Source of the DNA: Acidobacteriota bacterium
Lineage (GTDB): Bacteria > Acidobacteriota > UBA890 > WLXD01
Assembly: GCA_965205505.1 (NCBI GenBank)
Contig: CBDBHB010000009.1
Span: 672,001 to 736,000, forward strand
Direction of reading: 5' to 3'
DNA length: 64,000 bases
Part shown: positions 53,439 through 62,044 of the stretch, in pieces
How the letters are laid out: every line of letters starts with the position of its first letter
Position numbering within the stretch: position 1 is the first letter of the stretch
Made by a program: the position numbers and the translations under genes
Notes under the pieces: generated by a model
Told to the model about the DNA's origin: nothing
The model's input: only the letters and a program-made list of their open reading frames with translations
Database searches by the model: none

Positions 53439-56257
53439 CGACTTTGCAGCGCGGGTCGCAGGGTGAGGATGAGGGTTGGGTCGAGCGGGTAGCGGCCAAA
53501 GCGGGCGCCGTAGAGGGCCAGCCCGCCCGGTAGCGCGGCGTCGACTTCGAGCCGGATGGTGAAGGTCCCGTCGGTCGCGGCCTGCGCGAGGGCCGGTCGC
53601 GGAATCGGCACTTGGATCCGCTCGCCATACGACCCTGCCTCCCGCAGCCGCCGGTCTCGCAGCTGGGCGTGCCAGGAGAGGATTCCGCGATGATCGGCGG
53701 GATCGTCGGGCAGTTCGTAGCGCCCGGCCACCGCCAGGTTCACGTGCACAGTCACGGCGCTCGGGAAGCGGGTTTCATCCGTCATCGGGTAGGAGTTCGG
53801 GTTGCGGCTGGGGTCTTGCATACCCCCGCCCCGCATGTAGTCATCCCCCAGTTGCTCGTCGTCGTCGTCGCGGTCTTTGCCGAAAAGTTGTTTGGCCGAG
53901 GCTTCGAACAGGAAGGCAGCCGCGTCGACCTCGTCCAACGACAGGTCGTCCGGCCAGGGAATCCGGTATTCAAAAAAGCCCGCTCCGGCACCGTTCACCT
54001 TCAGCCCATCGAGTACCTGCCACTGTTTGAGCGACCAGTCGGCCTTCACGAAATCGCCCGGCTCTAGGCGGAGCACGCGGGCCCGGTTGCCGTTCGCGAG
54101 CCGCATTTCATCTGGCCGCGTCCCTTCGACGACGAAGGTCGTGAAGTTGCGGTGCTGCACCTTGCCCGTCGCATCTTCGAGCGTGAGCGCCAGCACGGCC
54201 ACGGCACCCGCGTCAGGCATCGGCACGGCGAGCGGCTCCAGCGCCCGGCTCATCCAGGGCTGGTAGGGGATCGGTAGAGTGGTTGTGTAGAAGGTCTGCT
54301 GCTGGCCCAGCGCATCCCATCCGTAGAGCCGGGCGCGCAGCGTCAGCGTGTCGCCGTAGGCAGTGCTGCCGGTCATGAAGGAGGCCCAGAGCGGCACCTC
54401 GACCGTCGTGCCCGCGGCGACGGCGCGGCTGAGGTCGCCGCCGGGGGCGATGTAGAGCCGGGCGTGCAGATCGGCCAGCGTCATGCCTTCGACAAGGGCA
54501 GAAAGGCCGGTTTCTTTCTCCGAGCGGTCGTAGCGCCAGTAGCCGTTCCATTCGTTGACCACGTCGTGGTGCTCGGTATAGAGCCAGCCGGCAATCTGCG
54601 GATGCCGCCGGAAGGCGTTGACGGCGCGGTGATAATCCCAACTCCAATCGACATCGCCCGTGCTGCCTTCGTAGCCCCAGACGTTGCCGAATTCGCTGTT
54701 GATGTTGGGCTGACGGGCTTGCTCATAGCCTGCCTCGAAGTTCCAGGTCGAGCCGGGAAACGTGTTCTGGGTGATCTCGTCGAGGTACTTGTCCCACTCC
54801 CAGCCGGGCCGGTAGGAATGCCACGAGTTGAGGTCGGTCTCGGTGTGGCCGATTCCGCAGCAGGGCGAGTTGTCCTCCACCAGCCGCGTCGGGTCGAGGC
54901 GTCTGGCCAGATCGACCATCGAGACGACCCATTCCTGCGTCTCCGGCAAGTACTGACGCTGTGGCTGTTCGCCCGTATAGAGCCCCCAGGTCTCGTTGAA
55001 GGGCACCCAGGAGAAGATGGCGGGATGGTTGTAATCGCGCCGGATCATCCGGCGGAGCGCATATTCGACTTCGCCCGGCATCGCATCATCCGGCTCGCCC
55101 CAGCTGTTGGGCACGTCGGCCATGATGAGCAGGCCCAGCCGGTCGGCCCAGTAGAGCTTGCGCGGAATCCCGATCTTGACGTGGATGCGCTGGCCGTTCA
55201 GCCCAATCTGGCGCGACCGCAGGATCTCGTCGCGCATGAAGTCATCACTCGGAAAGGTATAGAAGCCCTGCGGGTGATACGCCTGATCGAGCGCCAACTG
55301 CAGATAGAGCGGCTCGCCATTGAGCGCCACATAGGGTATGTCGGTCCCCGGCAAATCGACCACCGAGACCTCGCGCATCCCGAAGTACGTCTGCACCTGG
55401 TCCGCGGCCAAGTTCGCCCCCTCGAGCCGGGCTTCGACTTCGTAAAGAAACGGATCGTCGAGCGACCACAGCCGCGCCTCGGGGACGGGCACCTCGAATG
55501 TCACCGACTCGGACCCAGCAGGCACCGGGTAGCTGACCGGTGCAACCCCGCCCGTTCGAAACGTCAACCGCAGCGCCAAATCGGCGGGTGCGGGCTCGAG
55601 CAGATACGCGGTCACGGTCGCCTTGTCGGCTGCGAGGTCGGGGGTGAAGTGCACGGCGTCGAGCGGGGCGTCGCCGCGCACTTCCAGGTAGGGCGTCTGC
55701 CAGATACCGCGCGCCGGGCCGTAGCCTTGTTTGCCCTCCAACTTGAACGGATGCGGCGTGTCGTCGACGCGAAGCACAAGACGTTGGATCGCGCCGGGAC
55801 GCATGTGTGAGGTCAGCTCGAAGGCGAACGGGGTGTAGCCGCCGCGATGGTTGCCCAACTCATACCCGTCGAGCCAGGCGGTCGTGCGCCAGTCGCTCGC
55901 CCCGACGACGAGGAAGACCCGCCGCCCGTCCCACGCCACCGGGACTTCGACATCGCGGGCGTACCAGCCGATGTCAGCCTCATCGGCCACTCCGGACAGT
56001 GGCGCTCCCCAGGAGAACGGCACCAGGATCTCTTGCTCGAACGACGCCGAGCTCCACTCCCACCCCCTCTGCATGCCGTCATCCTGCGGATCAAAGCGAA
56101 ACGACCACGGCCCGTTGAGGTTGCGCCATTGCGGGCGTTCGAAGTCGGGGCGCGGGTGTTCCGGTAGCGGGATGTCTTGCGCGGCTGCCGCGAGAGGCAC
56201 GACGAGCACTAGCAGCACGAGGACGGCCCGCCGCAAACGGTTTTCGAAGCTCGTCAT
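53435..56257 (-). CDS. Glycoside hydrolase family 2
   Basis: EHPRPDFERPQWRNLNGPW, HRGGYTPF, GKQ, RIHVKI, YNHPAIFSWVPFNETWG, NSEFG. Confidence 0.9.
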   Translation of the reverse strand: MTSFENRLRRAVLVLLVLVVPLAAAAQDIPLPEHPRPDFERPQWRNLNGPWSFRFDPQDDGMQRGWEWSSASFEQEILVPFSWGAPLSGVADEADIGWYARDVEVPVAWDGRRVFLVVGASDWRTTAWLDGYELGNHRGGYTPFAFELTSHMRPGAIQRLVLRVDDTPHPFKLEGKQGYGPARGIWQTPYLEVRGDAPLDAVHFTPDLAADKATVTAYLLEPAPADLALRLTFRTGGVAPVSYPVPAGSESVTFEVPVPEARLWSLDDPFLYEVEARLEGANLAADQVQTYFGMREVSVVDLPGTDIPYVALNGEPLYLQLALDQAYHPQGFYTFPSDDFMRDEILRSRQIGLNGQRIHVKIGIPRKLYWADRLGLLIMADVPNSWGEPDDAMPGEVEYALRRMIRRDYNHPAIFSWVPFNETWGLYTGEQPQRQYLPETQEWVVSMVDLARRLDPTRLVEDNSPCCGIGHTETDLNSWHSYRPGWEWDKYLDEITQNTFPGSTWNFEAGYEQARQPNINSEFGNVWGYEGSTGDVDWSWDYHRAVNAFRRHPQIAGWLYTEHHDVVNEWNGYWRYDRSEKETGLSALVEGMTLADLHARLYIAPGGDLSRAVAAGTTVEVPLWASFMTGSTAYGDTLTLRARLYGWDALGQQQTFYTTTLPIPYQPWMSRALEPLAVPMPDAGAVAVLALTLEDATGKVQHRNFTTFVVEGTRPDEMRLANGNRARVLRLEPGDFVKADWSLKQWQVLDGLKVNGAGAGFFEYRIPWPDDLSLDEVDAAAFLFEASAKQLFGKDRDDDDEQLGDDYMRGGGMQDPSRNPNSYPMTDETRFPSAVTVHVNLAVAGRYELPDDPADHRGILSWHAQLRDRRLREAGSYGERIQVPIPRPALAQAATDGTFTIRLEVDAALPGGLALYGARFGRYPLDPTLILTLRPALQSR

Positions 56258-56374
56258 GATGTGGAATCCGGGGCCGAGTTCCTGCCAAGTCCGCCGATCT
56301 CATCTTACTGGGCGCCGGTGTCGTGGGTGCGAGGCAGTCGAGCAGCGGTACTCTCCGCCAGAGGCCTCCCGTCT

Positions 56375-56420
56375 GCCTCCGTTGGATCTCGCACGCGCTG
56401 GCGATAGGCTTCAGGCGCTC
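56375..56420 (+). promoter_or_regulatory. Duplicated sigma70-like promoter cassette, copy 2
   Basis: TTGGAT-17 nt-TAGGCT, ending about 40 nt upstream of the cytochrome c start. Confidence 0.6.
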
Positions 56421-56462
56421 ATCCAAACCGTCTTGTTAGAGCACCGCCCCCAGTCGAGCGAA

Positions 56463-57251
56463 ATGACCATGCGCCGATTCATCCGTCTATCATCCTTGTG
56501 GCTCTGTGCCATTTCGCTGTTCGCTTCCTCCGAAGAGGGCGTGGCGCAAGGCCTCGGAGATCATCAGTACACCAGCGCCGATGTCGAAGCGGGCTCCCGG
56601 CTTTACGCGGCGGAGTGCGCGTTGTGCCATGCACCGACCGGCGACGGTGTGGACGGCGTAAATCTCAGACTCGGACAGTTCCGCCAGCCGCTGTCGGATT
56701 TCGCTCTCCGCCAGTTGATCACAACAGGGCTGGCCGAGGCGCGCATGCCTGGTTTCGATTTTGACCCAACCGAGCTCGACGCTATTGTGGCGTTCATCCG
56801 AGCGGGGTTCGATCCTGAGGGCACGGCGGTCAAGGTCGGTGAGGCGAGACGCGGGCGGGTGCTCTTCGAATCGGAAGACGGTTGCGCTTCGTGCCATCGC
56901 GTCAACGGACGGGGCCCCCGGACCGCGCCGGATCTCAGCGACATTGGCTCCGTTCGCACGCCCGCCGCACTGCAGCGGACCCTGCTCGATCCGGCCGCCG
57001 CGCTCTTGCCGATCAATCGGCCCGTGCGAGCTGCGACACGCGCTGGCGAGACCATCAGCGGTAGGCGGTTGAACGAGGACACGTACACGGTGCAACTGAT
57101 CGATTCGGAGGGGCGACTGCGTTCGCTCCTGAAAGCCGATCTGGTCGAATTCGAGGTGAGTCGATCACCCACTATGGAGCCGACGACGCTCTCCAGCGAC
57201 GAGGTCGCTGATGTTATCGGCTACCTGCTCTCGCTGAGAGGCCTCCAATGA
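56463..57251 (+). CDS. Periplasmic diheme c-type cytochrome
   Basis: Signal peptide; CALCH and CASCH; MPGF; overlaps the PQQ dehydrogenase start. Confidence 0.88.
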   Translation: MTMRRFIRLSSLWLCAISLFASSEEGVAQGLGDHQYTSADVEAGSRLYAAECALCHAPTGDGVDGVNLRLGQFRQPLSDFALRQLITTGLAEARMPGFDFDPTELDAIVAFIRAGFDPEGTAVKVGEARRGRVLFESEDGCASCHRVNGRGPRTAPDLSDIGSVRTPAALQRTLLDPAAALLPINRPVRAATRAGETISGRRLNEDTYTVQLIDSEGRLRSLLKADLVEFEVSRSPTMEPTTLSSDEVADVIGYLLSLRGLQ

Positions 57252-58906
57252 ACATCGTCCAACGCACGATGCTCTTGGGGCTCATCGTCGGAGGTCTCGT
57301 GGCGCCCCATCAACTACTGGCGCAGGTATCCTACGAGCGGATCCTGAGCGCAGCTGACGAGCCGGACAATTGGCTCACCTACAACGGCACATACGCGAGT
57401 CAGCGCTACAGTCGTCTCGACCAGATCACGGCGTCGAACGTGGACGACTTGGAGCTGAAGTGGATGCTCCAGAATCAGGCATTCGGGGCCTGGCAGTCGA
57501 ACCCGATCGTCGTCGACGGAATCATGTACGTCACCGAGCGACCCAACGACGTCATGGCCGTCGATGCCGTCACCGGCCGGGTCTTCTGGATGTACCGGTA
57601 CACGAACGCCCCGAACGCTACCGTTTGCTGCGGCGCCAACAACCGCGGCGTGGCCGTGCTCGACGACAAGGTGTTCATGGGCACCTTGGACGCGCATCTC
57701 ATCGCCCTCGATGCGATCAATGGTGAGCCGCTGTGGAAGGTCAAAGTCGGGGACGTGAATCTCGCCTACTCGATCACCATGGCGCCCCTCGTCGTGAAGG
57801 ACAAGGTGATCGTCGGCGTCGGGGGTGGTGAGTTCGGGATACGGGGCTACATCGCGGCGTACGACGCCGACACCGGCGAGGAGGCATGGCGCTTCTACAC
57901 GATTCCCGGTCCCGGCGAGCCTGGCCACGAGACTTGGGAGGGTGACGACTGGGAGCACGGTGGTGCGTCCGTGTGGATCACGGGCTCGTACGACCCCGAG
58001 CTCAACCTGACGTACTGGGGTGTGGGCAACCCGGGTCCCGATTGGAACGCCGACCAGCGTCCGGGCGACAATCTCTACTCGGACACGGTCGTGGCCCTCG
58101 ACGCCGACACCGGTGAGCTGAAGTGGCACTTCCAGTTCACCCCGAACGACGGTTACGACTACGACTCGGTTCAGGTCCCCGTGCTGGCCGACATGGACTG
58201 GAACGGGGTGCCTCGGAACTTGATGTTGTGGGCGAACCGCAACGGCTACTTCTACGTGCTCGATCGCGTCACCGGCGAGTTCCTGTTGGGGGAGCCGTTC
58301 GTCAAGGTGAACTGGTCGAGCGGTCTGGACGACAACGGAAGGCCGATGCCGACGCCTCAGCCGGAGGGCTCTCCCACATGGCCGGGCAACCAGGGTGGCA
58401 CCAACTGGTATCCGCCCTCCTACAGCCCGCGGACGGGGCTGTTCTACTTTGCCGCCTGGGAGGACTACGCGACGATCTATCGGAAGGAAGTTTCCGAGTA
58501 TGAGCCGGGCCGTCCCTACCTCGGCGGTGGCTTCAGGGTGCTCGCACCGGCGCCTGGCGCGCCGACGATCGGCATCGGACGATCCTCCCCGATCAACAAC
58601 TGGACCGACGAGGTCGGACACGGTGCGGTGATCGCCATGGACCCACTGACCGGCGAGCCGCGGTGGAAGCTCGATCAATTCGACGTCAGCGACAGTGGCA
58701 TGCTGACCACGGCGACGGACTTGCTGTTCACCGGCGGCCGTGAGGGTTACTTCTACGCGATCGATGCGCAGAGTGGGGAGCCACTGTGGAAAGCGAGCCT
58801 CGGTGGGCAGATCGTAATGGCACCGGTCACGTTCATGGTCAATGGACAGCAGTATGTCTCGGTGATCTCCGGGCACACCCTGGTGACGTTCGGTCTGCCC
58901 GACTAG
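57248..58906 (+). CDS. PQQ-dependent dehydrogenase, methanol/ethanol family
   Basis: NWLTYNG, CCGANNRG, GGEFGIRG, WGVGNPGP, DNLYSD, TPNDGYDYDS, ANRNG, GGTNW. Confidence 0.92.
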   Translation: MNIVQRTMLLGLIVGGLVAPHQLLAQVSYERILSAADEPDNWLTYNGTYASQRYSRLDQITASNVDDLELKWMLQNQAFGAWQSNPIVVDGIMYVTERPNDVMAVDAVTGRVFWMYRYTNAPNATVCCGANNRGVAVLDDKVFMGTLDAHLIALDAINGEPLWKVKVGDVNLAYSITMAPLVVKDKVIVGVGGGEFGIRGYIAAYDADTGEEAWRFYTIPGPGEPGHETWEGDDWEHGGASVWITGSYDPELNLTYWGVGNPGPDWNADQRPGDNLYSDTVVALDADTGELKWHFQFTPNDGYDYDSVQVPVLADMDWNGVPRNLMLWANRNGYFYVLDRVTGEFLLGEPFVKVNWSSGLDDNGRPMPTPQPEGSPTWPGNQGGTNWYPPSYSPRTGLFYFAAWEDYATIYRKEVSEYEPGRPYLGGGFRVLAPAPGAPTIGIGRSSPINNWTDEVGHGAVIAMDPLTGEPRWKLDQFDVSDSGMLTTATDLLFTGGREGYFYAIDAQSGEPLWKASLGGQIVMAPVTFMVNGQQYVSVISGHTLVTFGLPD

Positions 58907-58961
58907 CAGAGTGCTGAAGAACTCTGGTGGGTCTGGTTACGCCAGACCCACCACACTTTCA
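58903..58961. mobile_element. Collapsed family A MITE remnant at the dehydrogenase stop codon
   Basis: CTAG-cagagtgctgaagaactc-tggtgggtctgg-ttacg-ccagacccacca-cactttca; 58940-58961 is the exact reverse complement of 48225-48246. Confidence 0.65.
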
Positions 58962-59345
58962 ACTGATGAATCCGGTGGCGATGAAATTTACGTCGCTCCG
59001 TTTTCAGGCGAAGGCCGGCGAGTTCGGATCTCGGGCGACGGTGGGCACTCGCCGTTCTGGGGACCCGACGGACGCGAGCTCTTCTTCTGGAGTCAGAGCG
59101 CCCGCAGTTTGATGACCGTACCGATCTCGTTCGAGCCCGAGTTTCGGGCGGGGACGGTGCCACCCCTATTCGGCGGCGACTACCTCGTGATAAGCAGTAC
59201 CGGTCGGATCCAACGAGACTTCGATATCGCGCCGGATGGTCAGGCGTTCGTGATGGTCCGGCAGGGCGAGCAGGAGGCCCCGGACATCGTCATCGTCCTC
59301 AACTGGTTCGACGAGCTGAAGCGGCTCGTGCCGACAGACCCTTAG
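58962..59345 (+). pseudogene. C-terminal TolB-like fragment of a kinase-propeller protein
   Basis: DESGGDEIYVAPF...ISGDGG..PFWGPDGRELF...FDIAPDGQAF...IVIVLNWFDELKRLVP; no credible start. Confidence 0.75.
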
Positions 59346-59435
59346 TGTCCCCAGCCGAGTCTGGCGACGCCGGCTATGCGCCTGGATCCAACGAGATCTC
59401 CAGATACCTGAAAACACGAAGTCAACAAGGAGCTC

Positions 59436-60260
59436 ATGTCCATGCTGCGTCGATACGTCCTTGTTGGCGCGCTCTTGGCGGTGGGTTTCGCCATGCTGGC
59501 GCCGGTCACTCTACATGCGCAGGCTGACCCGGATCCGGCCCGTTTTGCCGACGAGATCAGCGCCTTCGAGCAATGGGATCTTAAGAACGCTGTACCTCGA
59601 CAGCCTGTCTTGTTCGTGGGTAGTTCGACTATCCGCTACTGGCCTACGGCCGAGTCTTTTCCGGATGTCTCCGTCGTCAATCGCGGGTTCGGCGGGGCTC
59701 ACATCTCCGACGTGCACCATTTCGTCGAGCGCATCGTGTTGAAGTATGCGCCGATCGCCGTCGTTTTCTACGCTGGCGACAACGATGTCGCAGCTCAGAA
59801 GAGTCCAGAGCAGGTGTTCGAGGACTACCGCGCGTTCGTCCGCCTGGTGCATGAAGCGTTGCCGGTGACGCCGATCCTCTTCTTGCCCATCAAGCCCAGC
59901 CTGAGCCGCTGGGCTCTGTGGCCTCGAATGAAGCAGGCCAACAACCTGATTCGCGACTACTCGGATGAGCATTCGCTACTGTTCTACGTTGACACCGCCA
60001 CGCCAATGCTCGGTCACGACGGCAACCCTCGCCCGGCGCTGTTTGTCGAAGACGGTCTTCACCTGAGCGAGACGGGCTACGAATTGTGGACACGTATCGT
60101 GGCGCCCTACCTAAGCGTATTGTCCCGGCCCGTCACTAAGGGCTCTCTCGGATTCTGGGGCCACTTCCGTGACATCGGCCTGCGTTTCGCTGCTCAATTG
60201 TCCGCTTCGCCAAGACTACCGAAGACCCACTCAAGACCCTATGCAGGAGAGTCGCCGTGA
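59436..60260 (+). CDS. SGNH/GDSL-family hydrolase
   Basis: FVGSSTIRYW, NRGFGG, YAGDND, DGLHLS; C-terminal tail looks like read-through. Confidence 0.88.
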   Translation: MSMLRRYVLVGALLAVGFAMLAPVTLHAQADPDPARFADEISAFEQWDLKNAVPRQPVLFVGSSTIRYWPTAESFPDVSVVNRGFGGAHISDVHHFVERIVLKYAPIAVVFYAGDNDVAAQKSPEQVFEDYRAFVRLVHEALPVTPILFLPIKPSLSRWALWPRMKQANNLIRDYSDEHSLLFYVDTATPMLGHDGNPRPALFVEDGLHLSETGYELWTRIVAPYLSVLSRPVTKGSLGFWGHFRDIGLRFAAQLSASPRLPKTHSRPYAGESP

Positions 60261-60460
60261 AAGTAGATCGCTACACCAAGATCGTGCTGACCATCATCGC
60301 TGCCGGACTGTGGACGTTGATCCTCATGGCCGTCGTATCTCCTCGCCCTGCCGTTGCCAGCATCGGTCTTGCGGGCGGCGGAGGGGAACAACTCAGCATC
60401 AGCGGTCTCGGCGGTTCTGATTATCCACTCCACATCGACCTCACTTGTCATGGCTGCTGA
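60257..60460 (+). CDS. Small hypothetical protein with N-terminal TM
   Basis: AGGAG RBS; MKVDRYTKIVLTIIAAGLW. Confidence 0.55.
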   Translation: MKVDRYTKIVLTIIAAGLWTLILMAVVSPRPAVASIGLAGGGGEQLSISGLGGSDYPLHIDLTCHGC

Positions 60461-60480
60461 TTGTTGAAGCTCGACCCGGG

Positions 60481-60760
60481 TCACTCGCGGCGATTATCTC
60501 GGCCTTCGCTCGCAGCATCGGGCACAGTCCGATCGAGTGCCGCACTGCCAGTGAGTCCGATTGTGATATCCACCATGGCGTGCACCACGATCACCACCCA
60601 GAGGGACTCGGTAAGCAGATAGGCGACGCAGAAGACGGCGCCGGCCACCGTCGCCTGAACCGCCCCTTTCCAGCCGAGGTAGAAATGCGCCGCTCCGAAT
60701 ACGATGGCCGCAACCGCCACCGCAGCTGACCCCGGAAGCCACACCATCAAGTACCACAGT
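60481..60760 (-). pseudogene. C-terminal fragment of a CPBP (CAAX/Abi) intramembrane protease
   Basis: FGAAHFYLG and LWVVIVVHAMVD motifs; the EExxxR motif and N-terminus are absent. Confidence 0.7.
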
Positions 60761-60782
60761 GTTCGCTCCGTGTCGACAATTG

Positions 60783-60796
60783 ACCGAACGTTCGTT
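60783..60796. promoter_or_regulatory. Putative TetR operator 1
   Basis: accgaacgttcgtt imperfect palindrome overlapping TTGACC upstream of tetR; repeated at 61412. Confidence 0.55.
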
Positions 60797-60817
60797 ACAG
60801 TAAGTCCGAGGTCTCGA

Positions 60818-61384
60818 ATGCCAAGAACCAAACTGAGTCGTGACGAAGTCGTCGAACGGATCGCGGAAGAGTTCCGCGGCCACGGGTACGCGGCGACCAG
60901 CCTGAGCCGAATCGCCGAAGCTACCGGACTCGGGCGGGCTAGCCTCTACCACCATTTCCCTGGTGGAAAGGACGAGATGGTCCGAGAGGTGTTCCGGAAA
61001 GTCGGCGAGGAAGTGGGCGAGATCCTGGCTCAATTGGAGGAGCCGGGGGATCCGCGTGAGCGAATCACCGGCTCGATGAAGGCTGTCGAGCGGTTCTACG
61101 CGGGCGGTACCAAGAACTGCCTGCTCGGGTCGATGGTGCTGAGTGGTGGATCCGAGCGCTTCGCAAACGAGCTGGCGGGCGCTTTTACCGCGTGGATCGA
61201 TGCGCTAAGCGCGGTGATCGAAGACGCGAACGTCCCTCGTCGGATTGCGCGGCGCCGGGCAGAGGATGCGGTCATGAGACTGCAGGGAGCGCTCGTGGTT
61301 GCGCGGGGTCTGAACGACACCGAACCGTTCCGTCGGATGATGGCGGAGCTCCCAGATGAGCTGCTCGAGGAGAACTCGTCATGA
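60818..61384 (+). CDS. TetR/AcrR-family regulator
   Basis: FRGHGYAATSLSRIAEATGLGRASLYHHFPGGKDE. Confidence 0.93.
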   Translation: MPRTKLSRDEVVERIAEEFRGHGYAATSLSRIAEATGLGRASLYHHFPGGKDEMVREVFRKVGEEVGEILAQLEEPGDPRERITGSMKAVERFYAGGTKNCLLGSMVLSGGSERFANELAGAFTAWIDALSAVIEDANVPRRIARRRAEDAVMRLQGALVVARGLNDTEPFRRMMAELPDELLEENSS

Positions 61385-61411
61385 TCACCATTTTTCTTGT
61401 GCGGATAGAAA

Positions 61412-61425
61412 ACCGAACGTTCAGT
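61412..61425. promoter_or_regulatory. Putative TetR operator 2
   Basis: accgaacgttcagt immediately before TATAAA and the AAGGAG RBS. Confidence 0.55.
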
Positions 61426-61445
61426 ATAAAGCCTCGAAGGAGCAC

Positions 61446-62018
61446 ATGAACATGGCACGCCCGGCCAGCGACATCGCATTCACCTCTTCAGTGAAGGCGG
61501 CACAGCAGCAACGCGGATCCAGAGCTGGATACGCCCGCATGGAGCAGAAGGGTGGATGGAGCGGCGAGATTACACCTGAGCTCGCTGACTTCATTAGCCA
61601 GCGCGACTCCCTCTATCTCGGAACGGCCAGCGCTGACGGCCAACCGTACATCCAACATCGCGGTGGTCCGACGGGGTTCATCAAGGTCCTCGACAACAAG
61701 ACGCTGGCGCTGGCCGATTTCTCCGGGAACCGCCAGTACATATCGGTCGGGAACCTCGATGAGAACAATCGCGCTTTCATCTTCTTGATGGACTACCCGA
61801 ATCGGCGACGTATCAAGATCTGGGGATACGCGGAGTTCGTCGAAGATACACCGTCACTCCTCGAGCGCCTGGTCGACCCAGCCTATGGAGCAAGCGTCGA
61901 GCGCGCGCTCGTGTTTCACGTCGAGGCGTGGGACGCGAACTGCCCCCAGCACATCGCCCCCGAGGTTCACCGAGGAGGAGATCTCAGCTCGGCGAACCTC
62001 CGAGCCGCGGCCTGCTAG
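61446..62018 (+). CDS. Pyridoxamine 5'-phosphate oxidase-family FMN-binding protein (3' end frameshifted near 61960)
   Basis: AFTSSVKAAQ, GQPYIQHRGGPTGF, DFSGNRQYISVGNL, MDYPNRRRIKIWG, WDANCPQHI; the expected PRFTEEEI is in the +1 frame. Confidence 0.85.
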   Translation: MNMARPASDIAFTSSVKAAQQQRGSRAGYARMEQKGGWSGEITPELADFISQRDSLYLGTASADGQPYIQHRGGPTGFIKVLDNKTLALADFSGNRQYISVGNLDENNRAFIFLMDYPNRRRIKIWGYAEFVEDTPSLLERLVDPAYGASVERALVFHVEAWDANCPQHIAPEVHRGGDLSSANLRAAAC

Positions 62019-62044
62019 CAGGCACCCGGTAGAGAACACGACCA

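Noticed and set aside
62005-62024. gcctgctagcaggc palindrome (and ctagcaggct at 38518) as further family A MITE ends
   Set aside because: The matches cover only about 9-12 bp and have no partner TIR.
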